The notes beneath the pieces were generated by a model. The model saw only the letters and a list, made by a program, of their open reading frames with translations, did not search any database and was not told the DNA's origin. The translations under genes and the position numbers were made by a program. 64,000 nt of DNA from Camelus ferus. Taxonomy: Eukaryota. The stretch covers positions 30,630,001-30,694,000 of the forward strand of contig NC_045697.1 in the NCBI RefSeq assembly GCF_009834535.1, in the 5' to 3' direction. Of this stretch, positions 8,717 through 19,628 are shown piece by piece (positions within the stretch are counted from its first letter, which is position 1; every line of letters begins with the position of its first letter).

Positions 8717-10166
8717 ATGGGAAACAAAGAGTCTGTCCCGGCTGGAACTCTTTGGGCTGCATATTGGCCAACTGGGACCGTTTTAATCTACAAACCCTCA
8801 AAAGAAAAACACTTATATTCCTTTGTAATGTTGCCTGGCCACAATATCGACTTCCCTGCGAGAAAGCATGGCCTATAAACAGAGCATAAACTCAGCCATC
8901 TTGTTCCAGCTTGATCTCTTCTGCAAGAGACAAGGCAAATGGTCTGAATACCCTATGTTCATATCTTTTACTTGCTGAGGGACAGCAATGATCTCCTAGA
9001 AGGATGTAAGTTAACCACTCAGGCAACGGTTACACCTAATAACCTACTATCCCTGACACCCCCTAGGGAGGGGGACTCTCCTAAACCTACACCCTACCCT
9101 ACTCTCCCTACCATATACCCGTCATTTCCTTCATACTCAGGAAATAAACTGTCGCCTCCATTACCTTTGATAGCTAAGACCCGCCCCCTGGTAGAAACAG
9201 GTGGAGAATTTGGTCCTCAATTCATACATAAGCCATTTTCTCTTGTAGAACTGAGACAAATTAAGACTGATCTGGGAAGCTATTCAGATAACCCAGACAA
9301 ATACATAGAGGCATTTCAACACCTCACTCTGGCATACGATCTCACCTGGAAAGATGTTAATATTATCCTTGGCCAACCCTATCTGACACAGCACAGGAAA
9401 GGATTCTCAGAGAAGCCAGAAAATATGCAAACAGTCTACATCTATCTAACGACAAGTACCGCACAGGGGAAACAGCTGTTCCCCCAGGGGACCCTGGATG
9501 GGACTATAATGACCTTAACAAAAAGTGGGAAAGAGACCACTTTTTAATCTGTTAAGGCAGGACTCTGGGCAGCCTGAAAGAAGATTACAGTTATTCTAAG
9601 GTGTTAGCTGTTAGCCAGGAGCCTGGAGAAAACTCCACTGCTTTTTCAGAGCAGCTCCAGGAGGCACTTACTAAGTACACTAACTCAGACCTCAGCTCTT
9701 ATGAGGGATAAATCATCTTAACGGATAAATTTCTCACTCAATCTGCCCCTGATATTAGGCGAAAACTCCAAAAGGTGATCCAGGAACCTGGAGTAACTCT
9801 TGATGAAATGCTAACCATTGCTGCCACGGTTTTTTTTTTATCATCGAGAGCAGAAGCAAGAGGCCAAGGCTTAGGGAAGGAAAGAAGGAAGGAGGCCAGG
9901 CCTACCTAGATGACTGCGGCCCCTCAAGGGCAGCCACCATCCTAACGTCCCCGGCCCCCAGCGGCCTGAGTAAGTCCAATGACAAGTGCAGCATCTGCCA
10001 CCGACCTGGTCCCTGGGTCAAAGAATGTCCCTACAGGGACAAGCCTCCAAGATCTGCCTGCTCTCGGTGTAGCCAACAGGGTCATTGATGGCCCTCTGTC
10101 CTTTGAGCCAAAGTGGCTCACAGGGTAAAACCGGCCCAAGACCTGCAGATGGTCGTCCAGGACTGA
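8717..10166 (+). pseudogene. gag: ERV gag (MA-CA-NC), frameshifted
   Basis: ATG GGA AAC (MGNKES, myristoylation-type start), LGCILANWDRFNLQTLKRKTLIFLCNVAWPQY, HKPFSLVELRQIKTDLGSYSDNPDKYIEAFQHL, an MHR-like QEPGENSTAFSEQLQEAL (about 9616-9669), two Cys knuckles (9987-10099), and CAG GAC TGA stop at 10164-10166. Confidence 0.9.
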
Positions 10167-10490
10167 GGAAGCCCCTTCTATCATACCCAACGCAAGAGCT
10201 CTCCATCACTGGGCTGGAGCCGCGGGTACACATAGATGTGGCGATAGGACAGTAACTTTTCTTACGGATACCGGGGCCACCTACTCTGTCCTGACTTCCT
10301 TCTCCGGACCCGTCTCCTCCAGTTTCTGTGCCGTTATGGGAGTCACAGGTAAACTGACCTCAAGATTCTTTACTGCCCCCCTTTGTTGTTGATGGGACGA
10401 ACGCTCGTTTGCACATTCTTTCTTATGCGTGCCAGAATGTCCTAGACCCCTTTTAGGCCGAGACCTTCTTTACAAGTTAGGAACCTGAGT
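10167..10490 (+). pseudogene. pro: ERV aspartic protease
   Basis: FLTDTGATYSVL (DTG at 10267-10275) and PLLGRDLL (about 10447-10470). Contains a stop and a frameshift. Confidence 0.9.
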
Positions 10491-10589
10491 TATCCTGGGA
10501 GAAAATCCCCAGACTTTCACCTCTTTACAACTCCTCGCTCTCTGGGGAAGGAGAAAGACCTCCACACCCAGAGGCCTGGGAGAATAAAA

Positions 10590-12094
10590 CTGATCCTGCT
10601 GCCTGGGGTCAAGGCGTCGCAGGGCGACAAAGACGGCTGCTCCCGTTGTCATCTCCCACAGAGATCCCACCTGGCTCCCTAATCGAAAGCAGTATCATTT
10701 AAAACCTGAGGCAAGGAAGGGCCTTCAGCCAATAATTTCTAAGTTCTTACAGTGTGGAGTCCTAATTCCTGTTAACTTCCCCTGCAACACACCTATCCTT
10801 CTGGCCATTAAAAAAGATGGGACCTACAGGCTGGTCCGGGATTTACGAACCATAAATGAGGCAGCAGTACCTCTTCACCCAATGGCTCCGAACCCCTGTG
10901 TGCTACTGGGGAACATCCCTCCAGGAGCCCAGGGGTACACGACCTTAGACCTAAAGGGGCTTTCTTCTGTATGCCCCTTAGTCCCCAGTCCCAGTGTTTA
11001 TTTGTCTTTCAGTGGGACTCACCCAGTGGGTACCAGCGCCAGCTGCCTGGACAGCACTACTACCACAGGGGTTTAGAGACAGTCCTCACCTCTTTGGGCA
11101 AGCTTTGGCCCAGATTTACAGGACTTACAGCTTGAAAAAGGGACTATTCTCCAATATGCAGATGACCTACTTATCTGCCCCCTTACTCGAGAACAGGCCA
11201 TCCAGCACGCAATCCACTTTCCAGGTCCAAGGCCAAAATGGTCAAACAAGATGTCACTTATCTAGGAGTTGTTCTGACTCCTGGAACCTGTAGCCTTTCC
11301 CCTGAATGAATTCAGGGAACCTTACAACTCCCTAATCCCACTACTCGAAAATAGCTCAGGACGTTTCTCGGACTAACAGGTTACCGTAGGCTTTAGATCC
11401 CTCACTATGGGTGTATAGCCCAACCACTATGTGACAATTTAAAGGGTAAAGATGACTCAGTATCTCTTGGTGGGGTCCTTCCCAACAAGAAGCAATGGAA
11501 GAATTAAAAAACCTCCTAGTAAGATCCCTGGCCTTGGGGCTTCCAGATCCCACAAGACCCTTCCAGTTGTATGTTCATGAGAGAGGAGGAAGAGCCTTGG
11601 GGGTCCTCACCCCATGGCTGGGTCCTACCCAACAGCCCATGGGATACTGCTCCAAGGGGCTAGATCCCACTGCTCGAGGCTGGCCTTCCTGCCTAAGAGT
11701 GTTGGGAGCCCTGTCTTCTCTCCTGGAGGAAGCTTTTAAGCTAACTCTGGGGTCCCCTATACAAGCATACGTTAACCACCAAGTTTCTGATCTTTTTAAA
11801 GGCAAGGGACATTTCTGGCTCTCAGACACTCGGCTTCTTAAATATCAGGCATTATTATTGGAAAATGCAGATGTCACTGTCTCCGTTTGTGGGACACTCA
11901 ATCCTGCTACACTGTTACCATCACCAGACGAGTCTCTTCCCTTTCACCTATGTCATGAGACCCTGTCCATTTCTCTAGGAGCTAGAACAGATCTCACCGA
12001 CCAAGGCCTGGAAAACCCTGATGAGATCTGGTTCACTGATGGGAGCCACATATTCTTTGAACCTCTTAATGATCTGCGACTGCTTTTCAAGTGA
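10590..12094 (+). pseudogene. pol: ERV pol: decayed RT, connection/tether and start of RNase H, fused by deletion to the integrase C-terminal tail
   Basis: KKDGTYRLVRDLRTINEA, TLDLK, LPQGFRDSPHLFG, LQYADDLL (YADD at 11155-11166), LALGLPDPTRPFQLYV, LNPATLLP, WFTDGS (ends 12046), then directly EPLNDLRLLFK*. Confidence 0.9.
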
Positions 12095-12369
12095 CTCTCC
12101 GGTGAGACTGTCCCATCACCCTAGGGGACTACAGATCCCTGTTAGATAAACCTCTTTCTTAAATGTCTCCTGGCTCTCATCTTTTCTCCTCTGGGGCCCC
12201 CACCAAACTGTTTTAATACTAATCTAAAATGTCTCTGACATTAGGGTCCCTCGTTGACTCCTCCTTTAGTTCACTGGACTAACACTCCAACGTCTGCCTT
12301 CTAAAACCAAACCAACAGAAAGCACAGAAATCAGTTATTTTTAAGGCAGTTTTTTCCGATTAAGTAGGT

Positions 12370-12514
12370 ATGACCCTTGTTTGCCCCTTTCATCCCCTGG
12401 CTAGGGTTAGCTCTATATATTTGATTTCTGTCTTTTTAATCTTCTTATAAAATGTGTTTCTTCTTGTCTAGAGTCAAACTTTAAATGGCTATATAACAAG
12501 GTAATCAACCAATC
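12370..12514 (+). pseudogene. env: ERV env remnant (TM membrane span and cytoplasmic tail only)
   Basis: FDFCLFNLLIKCVSSCLE...KL*M..QGNQPI resembles the gamma-type TM tail FGPCIFNLLVKFVSSRIE..KLQM. No SU, furin site or ISD is visible. Confidence 0.7.
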
Positions 12515-12691
12515 AGCCAAGACAGCTTTTATACAAGCCACTCGATGGATACCGATCCTTCACTCACCACCTGCCCAGTAACAGCCAGCTAGTCTGGGAC
12601 CTCAACAAGCTCCATCATCACCCAGATCAGCAGGAAGTAGCTAGAGCGGTCATCGCCCTCTACGTCCCAAAGATTTGGGGGTCCTATGACT

Positions 12692-12702
12692 AGAGGGGGG
12701 AA
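12692..12702 (+). other. Polypurine tract
   Basis: AGAGGGGGGAA immediately before the TG of the 3' LTR. Confidence 0.9.
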
Positions 12703-13191
12703 TGTTAGGTAGTTTAGATAGTGATGAGCACTGGGCAGGGGGAGAGGAAGGGGAGAGGAACAACCCAGAATATGGCAGTGTGTCTGCATTCAGGAAAAGG
12801 GACGCCAGAAATTTTTACTTTCTCTAAGTGAGGGCCAGTTAAAGTCAAAGCGCTGCCGCTGCGCATGGGTGGGGCGCCTGGTATAACCTGACCCAGTGAA
12901 CCTGCTCAAAAGGGGGTGGGCGAGCCGGAGCGCAGGGAACCTGAGTTGTCAATCAATCCACCAATCAATCACGAAACCAGGAAATAAAAACAGGAAAAAC
13001 AAAGGAGCGGCGCCATTTTTCCTCTCTTGGGTTGCCCGTCCCCAGTTCTCGGGAGTGTACTGTCTTTTGCTATTTTTTACTTCACTAATACAAATCTTGC
13101 TTATATCATGCTTTCTGTCTCTCATCAAAAATTCTTCTTTTTTGGGTGACTAAGAACTGAGGTAATTCTTATTTTCCTTTTCCTGGTAACA
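12703..13191 (+). repeat. 3' LTR (489 bp)
   Basis: TGTTAGG...GGTAACA, followed by the TSD GTTT. Confidence 0.95.
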
Positions 13192-14914
13192 GTTTGACAG
13201 TCACTCTATGGCCTCCTTGGATAGAGAGGCCAACTTCTTACTGCCTGTGACAGAGCCCTCTCCCACCCACTGCTCGTGGCCTGTGGATTTATTTTACCAT
13301 TTGCTTTAGAAAGAGGTATTGGATAAATTTGCTTTAAAATGATTATTCACTCCAAAGCCAACAGATTGTATTTTTAATTGTCCGAGTGGATAGATAGTTC
13401 CCTCGTATCTTCTGAACTGTTTATTCTCACTGATGTTATTCTTAGCTGTTCCTCATGGTGGAGAATTTGTCAGACTGACTTAAAGTCTATAGGAAATTTT
13501 CTCTCTAAAATGAGATAACCAGAAAGGTTCCTGAAAATATATACAATCACAATTAGGAATTTGATACATTTTTTTGGGTCTGGATCAGTTTAACTTGGCA
13601 TAACTGAAAAAGCTTATTTAGTACATGTTCGGGAAAAATAAGGATTTACGGACATATTGAACTATAAAGGGAACAAACAAGTATTTTTGTATGTACAAGA
13701 GTATTTAAAAATTGCAATTAAACATTAACTATTAATGAAATTATTCTGACAGAAAATTCTTATTTGAATTGCTTGTTACATAGATTGTACTTGGAATAAA
13801 GGCAGAATGATTAAAAAAAAATACATTTTCCAATAATTTTTATTAGCCTGCTAGTGAAACAATCCAGGTTAAGAAGAGCTTTCTTCATTAAAATGAGCAG
13901 CTCTGTATTACTGAAATGGAAGCTTTAGAAGCCATAAGCATCCAAAACCAAACTTTAAATGTTTGACGTGTAAACATTTTGACGGATGACGTATTGAATT
14001 TATGGGAATGTCTTTCAAGTTTGCAGTTTTCTTCTGGCTGTATTAGACGGCATCTTAACTGGCAGGGTCAGGGAAAACACAGTGCTTATTTTAAAGGGGA
14101 TGGAGTTGAATGTGAAAAGTATTTGGGGGAATTCACAGGTAGCTTTTCTGTACATTGTTTTTCTGTGGTTTTGCCGGGGGCACCCACACAGTCCTTGCCC
14201 CCGGCTAGACTGTGGGAAAGGATGCCGGGCCCCTGACAGCGAAGAACAAGCTGTTTCACTCTCACAAGCCTAGAGGCTCCTCAGATTGCTCCCCCAGTGC
14301 TTCTTTGTGAACTAATCCTGCCCTAGCAGGTTTCCAAACTGCAGCTTCAGTTGTTTCTTTTACCGAGGGATTCTTATTTTTGATTAAGCTCTTGTCCTCA
14401 GTTTTCAGTGTTTCTTGTATTTTTGTCTCACGTGGCACTTTTAATATTTTCTGGTTACTTCCTTCCAATTTTATTGGCTAAGTATGGCCACTTTCTCCTG
14501 AACTTAAAAAAATTCAGTGGGTTTAGAAAAACCTTAAGAAATTCACCCTATGCGAAAGGAAGGGGCCATGAATTAGCTGTTGACTTGCAGGCTGATTTAA
14601 ATCTGTAATGAGGACCATCCTGGGAGGCTTTTCTGACTGAAGAATCAAAACAGTCGTTTTATTTTAAAATTTTTTTTTGGTACTTAATTATCAAAACTAC
14701 CAGCTCTTGCAAAACTAGAGTTAATATCCTCCATTTTATGTTGTGTTTAATGGGATTAAAATGCAGGGATATTTCGTATATCACTGGGGTTGTAAACAAA
14801 ATGTTAATATTGCTCTTAAATGGATACACCTTCTCAGACTACAGTTAGGCCAGATTTGAAGGTTTTATAAAGCAATCTAGTTTCTAAAACTAGCAATTAA
14901 AACTTGAACACTTT

Positions 14915-17900
14915 TCTTTATGGAATGGAAAGGTTTATTTCATTTTTAATAACAATCAGGACAAAATGTTTAAAATTTGCAGTTTAAAACATGCACATCC
15001 ACAAAAGGCCAATGACACGTAACACTGCGTAGAATTGAACATTACTCAACTTTTAATAACTATTTATAAAACACAGTGCTTTGAACATCGAGATAAGCAA
15101 ACCTGAGGAAACTACTATAATCACAGAGTCAACACTCTCCACTCATGCAGCTTCACAATCTCTACAGCAGTTTCAGCAGGAATGGTTTTTCATGGAGCTG
15201 AAAATATACGATTTTATCTTTAATGCAAACTGCAATTTTCCATAGTAGCTGCCTTCCAAGGCTGCCTTTTTTTTAACCTAAGAAACTTGAAAATGTGAAA
15301 AATGAAGCTTGAAGTAGTTAAACAAACAAACAGTATTTACTGCATTTATGGCTGCTAGTCTAGAACCAGGAAACATAAAAATATATATTTTTAAATATTC
15401 TGCTCACATCTTTGCAAGAGCAGATTTACCTATGGAAAGTTGCTGTTAATTCAAAGTAAGCTAGTATGAAATCTAGCTTTTTTCCTACTTAAGGGAGATT
15501 TATTTGCTGAGAAGTTTTGTGAGCTTTATTAAGGAAAGTTCTTAGAGGCAAGCTAAACAAAAGTTTCAATTAAATTAGTTCAAATTTGTAAAATAATTTA
15601 CTTATTAAAAAAAAGTGCAGAGGACCAATTAATTTGCCCACTGAATATTAAATTTCAGGTAGGCCACGAAAGAATTTTATAAGGCAGAAATAAACATCAA
15701 GATTTACAGCAAGAGCCATGCATTGGCCTAGGCCACTTTAAATATTAATTCATGCAAACCATAAACCTATCAAAAACACAGCTGCTCTCATACAGAAAAT
15801 AAATCAGGACGAAAAATGGAAAACATTTATTTCCTTTCCTTCAAAATTTAACTTACATTCCATTTGAATAGCTGTTGAAGGTTAATTAAAATACAGCAAA
15901 AAATAAGAGCTTCACAAGTGACTTTCAGTTATTTCAATGTGAGAAAAATCAAACTATGGTCTCTTTAAGAGGCATTATAGAAATGTTCATCATTAAAAAG
16001 CATTTATTAGGCACCGAGCTGCATGGTGTTACATCAAGTAATTTATGAAAAGAGTTCTATAGGCCTGGCCCATGTGATGTGAATAGAGTGGGAATTTTCT
16101 CAATAAATTTTGTGGATGATTATAGATTTAATTGATGATGCAAGTTTTAGAACCAGGAACTATCCAAGGGCAAACTGCACTAAAATAAACACTAAGAATC
16201 ATTTAGCTTTGTAATAAGGATGACATTGTTATAAAGAAAACATTGTGAATATGCAATCAAGTACTTCCTGATTAGCATTCATTTCCTGAAAGAACATCTT
16301 AAATGACAGATTCTAAGTGACGTACAGTGCACACAATGCAGAACAAATCGTGTGACTTTCACACTGGTTATTGAGAATGCGAAACTGCAAAATTAAAATA
16401 TAACGACCAGAATAAATGTTGATTTCTTGAATTCATTTCTTTTTCCTTGGAAATTAAGAGGAATCACTTAATTAAGAGGATTCCATTCAATGACCATACA
16501 GTTCATGTAAATGGCTGACATTATTGAATAGAATACAGGTTCACCTGACTTGATTAGAAAAAGTTTCCCATTAACTTTGCTGCATGGCTGAAGCAGGCTC
16601 ACATGAGACAGAGTAGGGTGGGGGCAGGGGGGTGGGCAGCATATATTTCACTTACAATTTACTACATTCCTGAGAAACACTATTTTCCTGCTAATAATTT
16701 CTACCATATAGCATCTTTCTGGGTGTGAGACACCAATATATTTTTATATGATGTATAAAATGTTTAGAAAGTCCATGCTCAATATCACTGTGTACTAGTC
16801 AACATTAAAGAAGCAACTTCCAGCTTTTCAATGCGAGATGAATGATGATTTTCTGCTGAAAGTAGTATTTTCTGAACTGTAAACATTGTAAAGCAACGGT
16901 GTTAGCATTTGCCAGTCCCTACAAGGGACGTTTTAATTGGAGTGTCCCTTATTTCAGAAAATACACTTCAACTGTTTAGTTTAATCTTGGTAAAACTGTT
17001 ACTTCCCCTGCTCCCAGCCTTTGGAAGGTTAAAAAAAATCAGAGGGTTTTCTCTCATTACCACTATAAGGTTGCTGCAGTTGCAATCTTATATTTTAAAT
17101 TTTATCATGGAGGTCACTCCCTCTCTGCCCACCCCCTACTCCCACCCAAGAAGCTAAGAGATTGACTTAATGTTGATAATTCCAAAATAGGTCCTTGGGA
17201 CAAAAAAGCACAAATTAGTCATATTTCAGATCATGATCAACAACATTATAATATTAACCATGAGTCTTCTACCCACGTTGAAGAGCTTCACAGAAACAAG
17301 CCGTGTTTCAAGATAGAAATAAAATGCTTAGTTTTCTTAAGTCAGAAAATTCAGTGCTCTTATGCTCATCCCATTTTAATATTAACCTTCTGGAGAAGGA
17401 TGTCACCTATGAGGTGAGGGGAATCGGAGGCAGCCCTTCTCTGTCACAGCTGTAAACTGTTCCTCCAGAGGGATGTACTTCATTCTCGTTTTTCGTTTTT
17501 TGTGGTTTGACCTCAACTCTCCCCGCGGAGGCCCAGACAAGCCACTCAGAATATCCGTTCAGTAGACAAAGAGTGTGACATCTGAATTTTGAAGATGACC
17601 TTAGACTCTCATACTTGTGGTCTTGCTAGACGTTTGGGTTCATGATTCTCTTAATCTGAGCCCCAGATGGGAAGGGTCTAGGGGAGTATTTATGTTCACT
17701 CCTTGCCCTCCTTTAGGTTAGAATTATGTATGTGTTATAAATTCCCTTATTTGCAGAAAATGTGGGAGGCATACATGTGACTAAATAGTTAAGAATACAG
17801 GTAAGGAAATAAGCAATAACCTAATTTTAAGTCTGGATTGAGAAAAAGGGTGAAAAGGATGTAAATGATTCAACTCAAGGAGTGATTTGAAAATCACCTC

Positions 17901-19530
17901 TCTTCTCAATCCTAGTTGACTTTTTCAAAAGAGGAAGTTCTACCTATTTTGCTGGTTAAGTCCACTTAAAGGCAAACAGGCTTTTGAATACAAGGCAGAA
18001 AGTTTGCTTCAATCTCTGAAGTGTATCTGAAAGCTAGAATTCCTTTCTATTTATTTCTACATGAAAGCTTTATTTAAAAAATAGTGTAGAAAATAGGTTG
18101 TGGTTTTTAAACAGCCCCTCCCCTCACCATCTATAGTTGGTAGCAAAGTAAGTATTTTCAGGAGATGTCTTGAAAATGCTGAAAATAATTAAACAGAATA
18201 GACATTTAAAAGCATATTAACAGAATCTACTCAAGATGAATAGGGTTCTTTATAAAGTTACAGGCTTGAGTAAAATAGGTGTTTTTAAAATGGGGAACAT
18301 GTACTACTTCTTTGTCCCAATTAGCAGCGTGTGACTAATTCTGGGAGCTGCCTGACACGTGAAAAGTGAAGTCACTCTCAGTCCTAAGTGCAGGAGGGGC
18401 AGTCGCCGAAACACGGGGTGTACTACCGAGGACAGCAGGCATCTCAAGTGAGAACTAACAGAGAAACCAAAGCACAGGGCAAAAGCTGAGCCTCCGACAT
18501 TACAAAAGCCCATGCATGTATCCCGCGGGGTATTCCAAACGTCTTGACAGAAGCACGGGAAATCTCACATACATGTGTGAGCATATTTTTCTTAAAAGAG
18601 AAAACTTGAAGACAAAATGACATTGCTCAATCTACAGCAGAAGCCAGACTGTTAGAAAAATCTAAATGATGATGAAACCTCATCAGAAAGGACTGAGACA
18701 TAAACACAGCTTTAAAAAATCAGTACCGTAACGACAGAGTCACTTACCATGAGTGCACTTCGACTTTAACAAATAAACAAGACAAACAAGAAAGAAGCAT
18801 TTGTAAGGCCGAAGGTGCAACATCACAGATTTTAGTAGCAAATGCCTTGAAATACTTGTTTTTGCAAATCACTCTTAGATTTGAGAAGTCAAGCATGCAG
18901 ATCTTACAGCAGAACTGGAGGTAAACCTTCTCTTAAATTTCTGGGCAAATGACTACTGAATGAGAAATACATTTATTGAACTTCTTTGGCAAACATTTAT
19001 CAAGACAATTTTTGACACAAACACTTATTATTAATGTCTTGTTTAGAAATTTTGCTCAGCGAGTCAGTTCCTTAAGAATGCTGGTTTTTTTTTTTTTTCT
19101 TCAGCATATTCTGAAATCTAAAACTGGGTTTCAAGAGTCCCTTTAACTTACTACCATTTTAGAGACTTCGAATGGCTGGTCACCTTGTAGCATATCCAGT
19201 ACACTGACAGTTACAGCCCCAGAGCAACAGCATAAGAATACTGACCTGTTCTCAGTTTAAGGAAACACTCTGGCAAGATACAAGGTCATTTTCCATTTCT
19301 GTTTACAAAGACTTAGCAAATACTTTAGAAAATCTGAAAGAGATGGTGTTACAGTATAGTTGCACAGTGCTTATGTCTATAATATACATGAATCTGAATG
19401 TCAATCAGTGAGATGCGCTCAGATCCATTTCCCCTCCTGGGGCCAGACTGGAATGGGTCAGCAGATTCCACTGAAGACCTGGGAGCACTCCTTAGAGACA
19501 CAGCAGAGCTGGCCTCGCAGCCCCTCCCCG
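14915..19530 (-). other. ATP8A1: ATP8A1 3'UTR (about 4.6 kb)
   Basis: Repeat-poor, AT-rich sequence between the stop codon and the poly(A) signal. The 3' end is estimated. Confidence 0.65.
14934..14950 (-). terminator. ATP8A1 polyadenylation signals (ATTAAA + AATAAA)
   Basis: Plus-strand TTTATT at 14934-14939 and TTTAAT at 14945-14950. They give a UTR of about 4.6 kb, similar to the human transcript as I recall it. Confidence 0.65.
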
Positions 19531-19628
19531 TCACCATTCATCGGGTCTCTGCTTTGTGGTGTCATACGCTCTAATCACTTCAGACTGGGAGACGATTCCA
19601 TTTTCATCTTGAGAGAAAGCATACCCGT
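19531..19628 (-). CDS. ATP8A1: Phospholipid-transporting ATPase IA, last exon coding part
   Basis: (H)[31 protein letters not shown], including the GYAFS regulatory motif. Acceptor ttccag at 19629-19634; 98 bp. Confidence 0.96.

Larger units (their letters stand above)
7721..13191 (+). mobile_element. Endogenous retrovirus, class I/ERV1 (HERV-H/F/W-like), two-LTR provirus with internal deletions
   Basis: Two TG...CA LTRs, 4-bp TSD GTTT (7717-7720 and 13192-13195), PBS, PPT, and decayed gag-pro-pol plus an env remnant. Confidence 0.96.

Noticed and set aside
8972..9547. 191-aa ORF as a domesticated gag gene
   Set aside because: It is an internal stretch with a non-ATG start, bounded by frameshifts. 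The rest of gag carries several stops and frameshifts.
11155..11166. YADD instead of YVDD in the RT
   Set aside because: A single T>C change (GTA to GCA) in a heavily decayed pol. It cannot be called a family trait from one copy.
12095..12520. Captured syncytin-like env
   Set aside because: Only a stop-ridden TM tail remains. SU, the furin site, the fusion peptide and the ISD are not visible.
17559..17590. Alternative ATP8A1 terminal exon (ttcag|AT GTC..., giving HVTLFVY*)
   Set aside because: The phase fits, but the acceptor has almost no pyrimidine tract and nothing else supports it.
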